A stretch of DNA of 64,000 nucleotides from NCBI GenBank assembly GCA_023898465.1, contig CP060223.1, positions 448,001 through 512,000 on the forward strand. The letters are read 5' to 3'. This DNA is from Candidatus Nomurabacteria bacterium (GTDB lineage: Bacteria; Patescibacteriota; Patescibacteriia; HK-STAS-PATE-3). A model generated the notes under the pieces. The model was not told the DNA's origin, made no database searches, and saw nothing but the letters and a program-made list of their open reading frames with translations. How positions within the stretch are numbered: the stretch's first letter is position 1; every line of letters begins with the position of its first letter. A program made the position numbers and the translations under genes. Of the stretch, positions 19,033-28,858 are shown piece by piece.

Positions 19033-20823
19033 ATGAAAGAAATTCTACAGAAGCTTCAGGTGATTTTGCCACCAGGTGATAAGAAAAAAATCTTTGGCAT
19101 TTTTGTTTTAATGCTCATTGCAGCGATTTTAGAAGTTATCGGGATTAGTCTAATTCTTGCATTCATTTCAACGGTTTCTAATCCTGATACTCTTTTTCAA
19201 ATCACCTGGCTTGCCCCAATACTACAACGTGCAAATATTACGGATGCAAAAGGCTTACTTACCTACGGGTCGATTCTTCTCATTGTGCTCTTTGTTTTAA
19301 AAAATGCCTATATTATTTCGTTTCAGTATATCCAATCGCATTTCGTTTATCGCAGATTCAGCGCAATATCATCTCGGCTCTTTAATTCATACATGCGGGC
19401 GCCTTATATTTATCACCTTAATAATAATTCAGCTCGCCTTGTGCGTAATGTAACTGGAGAAACCACCTTACTCGTACACTACATCATGCTCCCCTTGCTG
19501 GTGGTGGTCATGGAATCAATCATGATCATTAGTATTAGTATCTTTCTTTTTGCGGTTGAGCCACTCAATACACTCATAGTGCTTTTCTTTGTCGGATCAA
19601 GTGGTATTTTTTTCCTTCGCTTAGTCAAAAAAAAGATTCAACACTTCGGATCTGAATCTCTGATTGAACGAGAAACTATGATTCGTCGCGTGAATGAAGG
19701 TGTTGGTGGTATAAAGGAAATACTCGTAAAGAATCGACAATCTTGGTTTATTAATGCGTTTACTCAATCGATCCATACTTACGCTAAAGCTGAAACATAC
19801 AAAAACATTTTTAAGATGAGCGCCCGGCCCGTTATTGAAACCGTTGCGGTGGCAGGCATGCTTTTAGTCGCCTTAGTACTCGTGTGGCAAGGACGTGGTG
19901 TAGAGTCGATCTTACCAGTACTAAGTCTCTTCGGCGTTGCCACATTTAAACTTATGCCCTCTTTAGATAAGGTTGTGAGTAATAGTAATGTGATTCGTTA
20001 TTACACTTATACGCTAAACTCAATCCATGATGATATTGCTGAGTTGAGTAAAATTGAAACTCCAATACACACAAACTCTGACAATAAAAAGATTTCCATC
20101 TCATCGACCTTAAGTCTTCAAAAGGTATATTTTCGCTACCCAGGCAGTGAGAAACAAGTGCTGCAAGATGTTAGTCTCACTATTCCAAAAGGTGCGGCAA
20201 TCGGATTTGTTGGCCCTTCTGGAGCTGGAAAAAGCACCATAGTGGATATTATCCTCGGACTACTGTCAATTGATTCGGGGCAAATCCTCGTTGATGGAAA
20301 AGATATAAAAAATACTATGGCAGCCTGGCAAAAAAATATCGGCTATATCCCGCAAACTATTTTCCTGGCTGATAATACTATTCGTAATAATATCGCCTTC
20401 GGACTAAACGACAATGAAATTAATGATGCACAGGTTTCTCGTGCTATTAAAATGGCACAGCTAGAAGAGTTCATTGCCTCCCTACCGCAAGGAGTGAACA
20501 CAATGGTTGGTGAACGAGGTGTTCGCTTAAGCGGTGGACAGAGACAGCGCATCGGTATTGCCCGAGCGCTTTATCATGACCCAGAGGTCTTAGTAATGGA
20601 TGAGGCGACATCCTCGCTTGATAATCAAACTGAAAAATATATTATTGATGCAATTGAAAACCTCAAACGGGATAGAACCATTATCATCGTGGCGCATCGT
20701 CTCAGTACAGTAGAGAATTGTGATAACTTGTTTTTCATCGAAAAAGGACACATAAAAGATTCTGGGACTTACTCACATATCATTCAACAAAACAGCGAGT
20801 TACTCGTAAATGAAAAAAGGTAA
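19033..20823 (+). CDS. Fused ABC exporter (TMD+NBD, MsbA/PglK-like); candidate lipid-linked glycan or polysaccharide exporter
   Basis: Six-helix N-terminal domain; Walker A GPSGAGKST, ABC signature LSGGQRQR, Walker B VLVMDEATS, and an H-loop. Confidence 0.85.
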   Translation: MKEILQKLQVILPPGDKKKIFGIFVLMLIAAILEVIGISLILAFISTVSNPDTLFQITWLAPILQRANITDAKGLLTYGSILLIVLFVLKNAYIISFQYIQSHFVYRRFSAISSRLFNSYMRAPYIYHLNNNSARLVRNVTGETTLLVHYIMLPLLVVVMESIMIISISIFLFAVEPLNTLIVLFFVGSSGIFFLRLVKKKIQHFGSESLIERETMIRRVNEGVGGIKEILVKNRQSWFINAFTQSIHTYAKAETYKNIFKMSARPVIETVAVAGMLLVALVLVWQGRGVESILPVLSLFGVATFKLMPSLDKVVSNSNVIRYYTYTLNSIHDDIAELSKIETPIHTNSDNKKISISSTLSLQKVYFRYPGSEKQVLQDVSLTIPKGAAIGFVGPSGAGKSTIVDIILGLLSIDSGQILVDGKDIKNTMAAWQKNIGYIPQTIFLADNTIRNNIAFGLNDNEINDAQVSRAIKMAQLEEFIASLPQGVNTMVGERGVRLSGGQRQRIGIARALYHDPEVLVMDEATSSLDNQTEKYIIDAIENLKRDRTIIIVAHRLSTVENCDNLFFIEKGHIKDSGTYSHIIQQNSELLVNEKR

Positions 20824-21904
20824 GAATATGAACACATTTAATGAAGAGTTAAATATATCAATAAAAAAGAATTTTCCTAATAATTATCAAGATAATGTTC
20901 TTCAAATACGGTTTAAAAAAAAGAAATTCAAAGTCTGGTTATTAGAAATATTATCGGATTTCACATACAGAATTGGATTGTTCAATCTAATTCTCAAAAG
21001 AAAAAAAATACTAATCGACAGTTTTCATTATCTTTATGATCGACTTAGCGACGACTATTCTAGAGAACTGTTAATACAAGTACTCACGTTCAGATTGTTG
21101 GGAAGTCGTAAAGTAAAGCTCCCGCTAAATGACGGTAACTACTTTAAGAGGATTGAAGACATTGAAAAAAGCGTTGCTAATAAAGACGATTTTCTCTCAC
21201 CAAACTTTTTAGACTGGAAATTATTTTTGTTTGATCTTGAGCAATATGGATATAAGGGAAAAGCATACTCGATAAGCCCAAGCATTTTTAGTAGCTTTGT
21301 ACAGCCGCAATACCAATATAATGGCACACTTATTGCAGCTAAGCCAGGCGACGTTGTTATTGATGCTGGAGCGTGTTGGGGCGAAACGGCTATGTATTTC
21401 GCTGAAAGGGTTAAAGAAAATGGAAAAGTGTACAGTTTTGAATTCCTACCTGAAAACCTCGAGGTAATGAGAAAAAACCTTTCTCTAAACCCAGAATATG
21501 CAAAACAAATTACCATGGTGGAAAAACCCGTATGGTCGAAAAGCAACGAGCCTATAACCTGCAACAACCTTGGTCCAGGAAACAAAGTTATTACTGGTGT
21601 AGATGAAGCATCAACTACTTATCATACAATCTCAATTGATGATTTTGCTGAACAAAATACACTTGAAAACGTTAACTTTATTAAAATGGATATAGAGGGA
21701 TCAGAGCTCGAGGCATTAAAAGGTGCTGAAAATGTAATAAAAAAATTTCGGCCTGTGTTGTCTATTTGCGTCTACCATAAACCAAGTGATTGCAAGCACA
21801 TTCCTGCCTATATTGAAAGCTTAAACTTGGGCTATAAGTTTTATTTTGACCACTATTCAATCTACGGTGAAGAAAGTGTACTCTTTGCGAAAGTCGAAAA
21901 CTAA
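20810..21904 (+). CDS. FkbM-family methyltransferase with N-terminal extension
   Basis: DAGACWGETAMYFAE...VYSFEFLPENLEVMRKNLSLN...FIKMDIEGSELEAL. A diverged paralog of the 17270 gene. Confidence 0.7.
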   Translation: MKKGKNMNTFNEELNISIKKNFPNNYQDNVLQIRFKKKKFKVWLLEILSDFTYRIGLFNLILKRKKILIDSFHYLYDRLSDDYSRELLIQVLTFRLLGSRKVKLPLNDGNYFKRIEDIEKSVANKDDFLSPNFLDWKLFLFDLEQYGYKGKAYSISPSIFSSFVQPQYQYNGTLIAAKPGDVVIDAGACWGETAMYFAERVKENGKVYSFEFLPENLEVMRKNLSLNPEYAKQITMVEKPVWSKSNEPITCNNLGPGNKVITGVDEASTTYHTISIDDFAEQNTLENVNFIKMDIEGSELEALKGAENVIKKFRPVLSICVYHKPSDCKHIPAYIESLNLGYKFYFDHYSIYGEESVLFAKVEN

Positions 21905-21905
21905 T

Positions 21906-23033
21906 ATGCAGAGCTCAAACCAACAACCAATTTATGTAACTAAACCAGCACTCCCGCCACTTGAAGAATTTACTGCTGAGCTAAAAACGATATGGGAGAA
22001 TCGAGTGCTAACAAATAATGGACCATTCCATCAACAATTTGAACTAGCCCTCGCTAAACATCTGGATGTTCCATTTGTATCTGTATTTAGCAATGGAACA
22101 CTTGCTTTGATGACTGCACTGCAATCACTTGATATCCAAGGTGAAGTTATTACTACCCCATTTAGCTTTGTCGCAACAACGCATGCACTTTGGTGGAACA
22201 AAATAACTCCAATATTTGCTGATATTGAATCAACTCATTTTACACTTGATCCTAATAAAACTGAGGAACTTATTACACCTCAAACAAGCGCGATCATGCC
22301 TGTGCACATTTATGGTTACCCATGCAGGACAAAGGAAATCGACATGATAGCAAAAAAGCATAATCTCAAGGTCATTTACGACGCCGCCCACGCCTTTGAT
22401 GTGAAGCAAGATGGTATTTCTGTATTAAATGCTGGCGACCTTTCTGTCCTAAGCTTTCATGCGACGAAAGTTTTTAATACAATTGAGGGTGGTGCGATCA
22501 TTTCCCATAGTGAAGAAATGAAAAATAGGATTGATCACCTAAAAAACTTTGGCTTTGAAGATGAGACAATAATAATTGGTCCCGGCATTAATGCCAAAAT
22601 GAACGAAGTGCAAGCTGCATATGGACTACTTCAACTAAAATATGTTGCTAAATATATAGAAGCCAGAAAAAGAATTGTAGAAAAATATCGTCTAGCACTA
22701 TCTGATATACCTGGCTTGCATTTCTTAGAAGACCAGGAAGGCGTACAAAATAATTACGCCTACTTCCCGATTGTTATTGATACAGAACATTGTATTCATA
22801 CGCGAGATTATATTTATGAGGAATTAAAAAAAGACAATATTTTTTCTCGTAGATATTTTTATCCACTCATAAGTAAAATTCCACTCTACGAAAATCTGGC
22901 GACAACTAAAGCAGCGCAGCTTCCGGTTGCATCTAAAATTAGCGAACAGGTTCTTTGTCTACCCTTATACCATGATTTAAGTGATAGTGATTTTACACGC
23001 ATCATTAGCAGTCTTAAAAGAATGCTTACATAG
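21906..23033 (+). CDS. DegT/DnrJ/EryC1/StrS-family PLP-dependent sugar aminotransferase
   Basis: Conserved LSFHATKVF lysine region, ...NGTLALMTALQSL..., and C-terminal ...CLPLYHDLSDSDF. Start taken at ATG 21906, immediately after the upstream stop. Confidence 0.8.
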   Translation: MQSSNQQPIYVTKPALPPLEEFTAELKTIWENRVLTNNGPFHQQFELALAKHLDVPFVSVFSNGTLALMTALQSLDIQGEVITTPFSFVATTHALWWNKITPIFADIESTHFTLDPNKTEELITPQTSAIMPVHIYGYPCRTKEIDMIAKKHNLKVIYDAAHAFDVKQDGISVLNAGDLSVLSFHATKVFNTIEGGAIISHSEEMKNRIDHLKNFGFEDETIIIGPGINAKMNEVQAAYGLLQLKYVAKYIEARKRIVEKYRLALSDIPGLHFLEDQEGVQNNYAYFPIVIDTEHCIHTRDYIYEELKKDNIFSRRYFYPLISKIPLYENLATTKAAQLPVASKISEQVLCLPLYHDLSDSDFTRIISSLKRMLT

Positions 23034-23045
23034 GAATCCATTCAG

Positions 23046-23747
23046 ATGAAAATAGCAATCATGCAGCCCTATTTTTTCCCTTATATCGGATATTTTCAGC
23101 TGATGAATGCTGTAGATGAATTTGTGGTTTACGACAACATTCAATATACCAAGAAGGGGTGGATCAATCGTAACCGTATCCTCCTCAATGGAAAAATTGA
23201 AACTATTTCTCTAGCGATAAAGAAAGATTCTGATTATCTCGATATACGCGACCGTTGCTTAGCTGATAATTGGATAAAGGAACGAAGTAGTATATTAAAC
23301 AGACTCAAATCCTCTTATCAGAAAGCCCCTTACTTCATTCCTACATATACTCTGGTTGAAAAGATACTCAAACAAGATTCGGTCAATCTTTTTGAATTTC
23401 TTTTTAACAGCCTGCAACTCATCAAAGAATATCTCCACATCCCCACCCCTCTTATCATTTCCTCTCAGGTTCCAGTCGACCATACGCTAAAATCAAGCGA
23501 GCGCGTATTGGCTATTTGCAAAGCACTCCAAGCAAATCAATATATTAATCCAATTGGTGGAACAGAATTATATACAAAAGAGCATTTCCTTAAAAATGGC
23601 GTTGCGCTCCAATTTCTCCGAACTCAAGCACATCATTACCAACAGTTTAATAAAGAACATGTACCCTATCTCTCTATTATAGATGTTATGATGTTTAATA
23701 GTCAGGAAGCGCTAAAGGACTTACTCCAAGAATACATTCTCGAATAA
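23046..23747 (+). CDS. WbqC-like family protein (O-antigen cluster-associated)
   Basis: N-terminus MKIAIMQPYFFPYIGYFQLMNAVDEFVVYDNIQYTKKGWINRNRI matches the WbqC family signature. Confidence 0.6.
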   Translation: MKIAIMQPYFFPYIGYFQLMNAVDEFVVYDNIQYTKKGWINRNRILLNGKIETISLAIKKDSDYLDIRDRCLADNWIKERSSILNRLKSSYQKAPYFIPTYTLVEKILKQDSVNLFEFLFNSLQLIKEYLHIPTPLIISSQVPVDHTLKSSERVLAICKALQANQYINPIGGTELYTKEHFLKNGVALQFLRTQAHHYQQFNKEHVPYLSIIDVMMFNSQEALKDLLQEYILE

Positions 23748-23756
23748 TAATCCCAT

Positions 23757-25061
23757 ATGCCCGCTCAAATAGATAAAAAAATTCGCGTACTCCTCTTCCC
23801 GGCTGGCTCAGAAATTGCTTTTGAAATTTATCACTCGCTTCGTCATAACCTCCACGTAGAAATATTTGGAGCTTCGGGAAAGTCTGATCACGCGAGCTAC
23901 TTATATGATTCCGAGCATTACTTCGAGGGTCCATATCAAATCTCCGACGAAAAATTTAATGACCACTTCACCGAGTTATTAAAAGAGCAAAAAATCGATA
24001 TGGTCATGCCAACACATGACTCAGTAACTGAATTTTTGGCAAAACACCGGGATAAATATCCAGCAAAAATTTTGACTTCTCCATACGAAAGCACAAGGAT
24101 AGCTCGACAGAAGATCCTCACCTACGAGCTTTTTCAAGCTTATGATTTCCTGCCAAAGCAGTATTTACCGCCATATCAGAATCTTGAGTATCCTATTTTC
24201 CTCAAGCCAAATCAGGGACAAGGCGGGAAAGGCACTTGTTTAGTTCATACATATGAAGAGCTGCAGGAACAAACCAGTAAGCAACCTGACTTAGTTGCTT
24301 ACGAATATTTACCAGGCGAGGAGCTGAGTGTTGATTGTTTTACCGATCGACATGGCCAGTTGCGTTTTATTGGACCAAGGACTAGAGCAAGAATTGATTT
24401 TGGCATTTCCTTTAGGACAGAGTCTCGTCCGGTCACTCAGGATATTCAGACAATTGCCGAAACAATAAATACAAAGGTTGCTATTCGAGGCGCGTGGTTT
24501 TTTCAAGTAAAAAAAGATAGCACAGGTAAATATAAACTCATGGAATTTGCAGTTCGCCAGGCAAGTACTATGGGTCTTTATCGTCAAATTGGAGTTAATT
24601 TTGCCTTACTCACGATATTCGACGCGCTCGACATCGATGTAAAGATTCTAAAAAATGACTATCCTATCACGCTTGATCGCAGAATGCTAAACCGATATAA
24701 AGCTGATTTCACTTACACAAAAGTATACATTGATTTCGATGATACAATTATCATCAATGAAAAAATTAACATTATCGCACTGCAGTTTCTCTATCAATGT
24801 AAATATGCTCATAAGAAAATTTGTCTTCTCACAAAACATGAGTTCGATCTCGATGAGACATTACAGAAATACTGCCTTGCAAAAAATCTATTTGACGAGA
24901 TTGTGATTTTACATCCTGGAGAGGACAAGACTGATCACATCGTTGCCGACGATGCAATTTTTATTGATAACTACTTTTTTGATAGAGAAAAAGTAAAGCA
25001 GCGTCACAATATTCCTGTATTTGATGTAGACGCCATCGAGAGTTTATTACTTAATACATAA
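23757..25061 (+). CDS. ATP-grasp enzyme fused to C-terminal HAD-like domain
   Basis: ATP-grasp core (YPIFLKPNQGQGGKGTCLV...EYLPGEELSVDCF) through ~aa 300, then a ~130-aa domain opening with IDFDDTII (HAD motif I, DxDxT). Confidence 0.6.
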   Translation: MPAQIDKKIRVLLFPAGSEIAFEIYHSLRHNLHVEIFGASGKSDHASYLYDSEHYFEGPYQISDEKFNDHFTELLKEQKIDMVMPTHDSVTEFLAKHRDKYPAKILTSPYESTRIARQKILTYELFQAYDFLPKQYLPPYQNLEYPIFLKPNQGQGGKGTCLVHTYEELQEQTSKQPDLVAYEYLPGEELSVDCFTDRHGQLRFIGPRTRARIDFGISFRTESRPVTQDIQTIAETINTKVAIRGAWFFQVKKDSTGKYKLMEFAVRQASTMGLYRQIGVNFALLTIFDALDIDVKILKNDYPITLDRRMLNRYKADFTYTKVYIDFDDTIIINEKINIIALQFLYQCKYAHKKICLLTKHEFDLDETLQKYCLAKNLFDEIVILHPGEDKTDHIVADDAIFIDNYFFDREKVKQRHNIPVFDVDAIESLLLNT

Positions 25062-25064
25062 GGC

Positions 25065-26030
25065 ATGTTCCGCTGGAAGAAACTAGGAAAAGTATTTGAC
25101 CCAACACAAAACGGAAATGATGCGTGGATGCAGACTTTTGCTCAAGCTCCTGCCACTTTAGTTTTTGATTCTTTTGTTCGAGTATATTTTTCTTGTCGGC
25201 CACTTCCGGACAAAAATGGTCAAGCGACAAGCTATGCCGGCTTTGTTGATCTTGATCGAAAAAACCTTTTTAATATTCTTAGGATCTCAAAAAAACCCGT
25301 GCTTCCGCTTGGAGAAATTGGTAGTTTTGACGAGTTTGGTATTATGCCCATCTCAGTCATTCGAGATAAGCATCGATTACTCGCTTACTATGGCGGATGG
25401 ACTCGATGCGTTTCCGTTCCATTCAATATCGCTATTGGTCTGGCTGAAAGTAAGGACAATGGGGAAACTTTTGAAAAAATTGGCCCTGGACCCGTACTCT
25501 CGTATAGCCCTGATGAGCCGTTCTTAGTTGCGGTTCCTAAAATTAGGAAATTTCAAAATCGCTGGTTTCTCTGGTATACCGCCGGGACTCATTGGAGAAA
25601 AGTAAATGGAAAGACTGAGGCGGTTTATGGCATCCGGATGGCTACATCAACTGACGGCGTTACATGGAAAAAAGAGCATCGAAAAATTATTCCAAACGTT
25701 TTAGGTGAGAACGAGGCGCAAGCAAGCGCTGACGTTTATTTTGCTAACGACATCTATCACATGTTTTTTTGCTATCGGCATACTTCTGATTTTCGTACAA
25801 ATAAAGATCGGGCTTATCGGATTGGCTATGCTTACTCTCAGGATGGATTTCATTGGCAGCGTGACGATTCACGGGTAGGCATCGACATATCGACTGAAGG
25901 ATGGGATTCAGAAATGATCTCTTTTCCTCATATTTTTTCACTGGACGGAAAAACCTACATGCTCTACTTGGGAAATAACTTTGGTCGAGAAGGGTTTGGA
26001 ATTGCTGAACTTGAAGGGAGTTTACAATAA
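25065..26030 (+). CDS. Five-bladed beta-propeller glycosidase/phosphorylase-like protein (GH43/GH32/GH130-like fold), paralog 1
   Basis: Shares WKKLGKVFDP, FRTNKDRAYRIGYAYSQDGFHWQRDD, EGWDSEMISFPHIF and GFGIAELE blocks with the next gene. Family assignment rests on my recollection of these motifs. Confidence 0.45.
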   Translation: MFRWKKLGKVFDPTQNGNDAWMQTFAQAPATLVFDSFVRVYFSCRPLPDKNGQATSYAGFVDLDRKNLFNILRISKKPVLPLGEIGSFDEFGIMPISVIRDKHRLLAYYGGWTRCVSVPFNIAIGLAESKDNGETFEKIGPGPVLSYSPDEPFLVAVPKIRKFQNRWFLWYTAGTHWRKVNGKTEAVYGIRMATSTDGVTWKKEHRKIIPNVLGENEAQASADVYFANDIYHMFFCYRHTSDFRTNKDRAYRIGYAYSQDGFHWQRDDSRVGIDISTEGWDSEMISFPHIFSLDGKTYMLYLGNNFGREGFGIAELEGSLQ

Positions 26031-26031
26031 T

Positions 26032-26985
26032 ATGCACTGGGAAAAACTCGGAAAAATTTTTGATCCGTCCCAACACAATCTTCCAAACGATTGCAAGCTT
26101 TTCGCGCAATCGCCTCAGGTGTTACTTTTGGACGACCGAATACGGATATATTTTTCTACCCGACAAGCAGATACACCCACAACCTACCTCAGTCATATTG
26201 CTTATGTCGATTTTACAAATGACTTTTCTAAAGTACTTGAAGTCTCAAAAAAAACCGTACTTCCTTTAGGGAAACTTGGCACCTTTGATGAACACGGCAT
26301 CTTTCCAATGAATGTCTTAAGGTTTCAAGATCGAGTACTAGGGTTCACAAGCGGCATTTCTCGTAGATCTTCTGTATCAGTGGAAACATCTATTGGCCTG
26401 GTGGAAAGCTTTGATAACGGAGAAAGCTTTCAGCGAAATAGTGATGGCCCTATCCTTACCTCCTCTCTTCATGAGCCATTTATGGTAGGCGATCCTTTTG
26501 TCCAAGCATACGAAGGAAAACTTCATATGTGGTACATCAACGGAGTACGATGGAAACCAAAAACAGCCCAGGAACCTGCTGCACGAGTATACAAAATTGC
26601 TCATGCAACTTCCTTAGACGCCATACATTGGCAAAATGATAATCGTCAAATTATTAGTGACGTTCTCAATGCCGATGAGTGTCAGGCGCTTCCTACTGTA
26701 ATTAAAATTAAGCAAAGGTACTACATGTACTTTTGCTATCGCGAAGCCAGTGATTTTCGAACAAACAAAAATCGTGCGTATCGAATTGGATGCGCCTATT
26801 CGGATGACCTTACCCATTGGACTCGAGATGATGCCCAAGCTGGTATCACTGTTTCAGACCAGGGCTGGGATTCAGAAATGCAGTGCTACCCTCACGTCTT
26901 TCAAAAAGATGATGTAATATATTTACTTTATAATGGAAACGCCTTCGGCCGCGATGGTTTTGGCTTAGCTAAGCTTGTTGGATAA
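26032..26985 (+). CDS. Five-bladed beta-propeller glycosidase/phosphorylase-like protein, paralog 2
   Basis: WEKLGKIFDP, FRTNKNRAYRIGCAYSDDLTHWTRDD, QGWDSEMQCYPHVF and GFGLAKL. About 40-45% identical to paralog 1. Start at ATG 26032, 1 nt after the upstream stop. Confidence 0.45.
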   Translation: MHWEKLGKIFDPSQHNLPNDCKLFAQSPQVLLLDDRIRIYFSTRQADTPTTYLSHIAYVDFTNDFSKVLEVSKKTVLPLGKLGTFDEHGIFPMNVLRFQDRVLGFTSGISRRSSVSVETSIGLVESFDNGESFQRNSDGPILTSSLHEPFMVGDPFVQAYEGKLHMWYINGVRWKPKTAQEPAARVYKIAHATSLDAIHWQNDNRQIISDVLNADECQALPTVIKIKQRYYMYFCYREASDFRTNKNRAYRIGCAYSDDLTHWTRDDAQAGITVSDQGWDSEMQCYPHVFQKDDVIYLLYNGNAFGRDGFGLAKLVG

Positions 26986-26990
26986 TACCT

Positions 26991-27938
26991 ATGAATTCTG
27001 ATTCTCCTCTCGTCAGTGTAGTATGCGTCACATACAATCATGGTCCATATATTGCAGAAGCAATAGAAAGTTTTTTACAGCAAGAAACTGACTTCCCTTT
27101 TGAAATTATCATTGGAGAAGACTTCAGTACAGACGAAACCAGGGAAATTTGCTTGGAATATGCAAAAAAGTACCCTGATAAAATCCACCTAGCGATTTCT
27201 GATGGAAATGTCGGGGCACGTAATAATTATTTTCGCGCTTTGTCAGCCGCACGAGGAAAATATATTGCATTTTGTGAAGGAGATGATTACTGGTCGGATC
27301 CAAAAAAGTTGGCAATCCAAATTGGCTACATGGAAAAACATCCAGAGTGCAGTCTCACCTTCCACTCGGTTCGAATTATCAACGGAGATAAAGCAACCAA
27401 TAAGACGATTCGTCCCTTTAACAAAAAAACAATTATTCCAAAAAATACCTTTTTTGGCTACGGCACGATGGCACCATCCCCCACTCTTGTGTATCCCAGA
27501 AAATATATTATAGACCCACCTGATTGGCTTCGTCACTCGCCTGTTGGGGATATACCCTTGAAGCTCTATCTCTCTCAACTTGGTACAGTAGTATATCTGG
27601 ATAAAATCATGGCCATGCGAAGAATTGGCGTCGAGGGTTCGTGGAGTAAACGCATGCAAACTTTTTCATACCGACAAAAACTCTTTCCAGGTATGATTGT
27701 AATGCTTGAAGGTTTTAACGAATTTAGTAAATATATATATGCCTATCAAGTACTAAAAAAACAGCTAAGCTACGAAATTAAAAGTGTGAAAAATCCAATA
27801 ACAAAAGTAAGACAAATGCTAAAACTCATCCGAACAAAATATTCAAAATCGTACTCTTCTCTTTCGCTTACAAAAAAAATGTTTGCAATTGGTAATCTAT
27901 TTATCACAAGCATAGTTGAACAGGTAGCACGTCGTTAG
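26991..27938 (+). CDS. GT2 glycosyltransferase
   Basis: VSVVCVTYNHGPYIAEAIESFLQQ...EIIIGEDFSTDETREI...GDDYW, GT-A with a DxD-type motif. Confidence 0.75.
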   Translation: MNSDSPLVSVVCVTYNHGPYIAEAIESFLQQETDFPFEIIIGEDFSTDETREICLEYAKKYPDKIHLAISDGNVGARNNYFRALSAARGKYIAFCEGDDYWSDPKKLAIQIGYMEKHPECSLTFHSVRIINGDKATNKTIRPFNKKTIIPKNTFFGYGTMAPSPTLVYPRKYIIDPPDWLRHSPVGDIPLKLYLSQLGTVVYLDKIMAMRRIGVEGSWSKRMQTFSYRQKLFPGMIVMLEGFNEFSKYIYAYQVLKKQLSYEIKSVKNPITKVRQMLKLIRTKYSKSYSSLSLTKKMFAIGNLFITSIVEQVARR

Positions 27939-27940
27939 CC

Positions 27941-28831
27941 ATGGAACCCACTACATATCCAAACAGCCCGGTGTTCTTAATAGGCTCCCCGCGCAGTGGA
28001 AAAACAATACTGCACACCTTACTTGCGCAAGGTAATGACTTCGCCTGGTTTTCCCAATACTCAAGCAAATTTTATACTCATACTTGGCCGGCTTATTTAC
28101 CACGTATATATCAAATTCCATGGCTGGGAAGATATTTACAAAAACATGCTCGTTTACGCATACTCCCCCACCCTGAAGAAATTTCTCACAAGTTTATTCC
28201 AATAATGACTCAGTACGGTTCACTTGAGCAAACTCATGTGAATGAAGCAAATCAAAAAAAACTGCAGCACTGGGTGAGAAAACAAATGCAAGCGCAGAAA
28301 AAAAATCGTATGCTCATTGACTGCGGCCGACCTGCTCGCATATCTTTTTATCACAAAGTCTTTCCTGAGGCAAAATTTATTCACCTTATCAGAGATGGGC
28401 GCGCAGTAGCAGTTGAAATGCTCCGTAGTTACCCTTATATGTTTACTGAAAAAAGTAGTATTGATAGTTATTTTATCCAGACGCCCGAGGAATTTAAAAA
28501 CTACTTACCTAAAAAAAGCGATGATCCATCTCGACCTCTCATTTTAGCCGCCCTGTACTGGAAAATGTCTGTTCGTGAAATTGAGCGGCAAGCCAACCCA
28601 CTTGGAGAGGATGTTTTATCCATCCGATTTGAGGATATTCTCCAAAATCCTACTTCGGAGCTAGAAAAAATCTGTCGCTTTGTGGAATCGGCAAACTCTG
28701 CTAAAATCATCAAGTCTGCTAAGGTTCAGCGATTTCAGTATAAGGATGCCTCCCAGCTCATGGACAAGCAAGGCTACGAGAAATTGACCCATATACTGCA
28801 TGACGAGCTAAAAAACTATGGCTACATTTAA
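27941..28831 (+). CDS. Sulfotransferase family protein
   Basis: 5'-PSB motif FLIGSPRSGKTILH and 3'-PB-like IRDGRAVAVEM (RDGR), with a FIHLIRDGR context. Confidence 0.65.
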   Translation: MEPTTYPNSPVFLIGSPRSGKTILHTLLAQGNDFAWFSQYSSKFYTHTWPAYLPRIYQIPWLGRYLQKHARLRILPHPEEISHKFIPIMTQYGSLEQTHVNEANQKKLQHWVRKQMQAQKKNRMLIDCGRPARISFYHKVFPEAKFIHLIRDGRAVAVEMLRSYPYMFTEKSSIDSYFIQTPEEFKNYLPKKSDDPSRPLILAALYWKMSVREIERQANPLGEDVLSIRFEDILQNPTSELEKICRFVESANSAKIIKSAKVQRFQYKDASQLMDKQGYEKLTHILHDELKNYGYI

Positions 28832-28858
28832 CCATTTAGTATTCAGAAAAGTAAGCAT

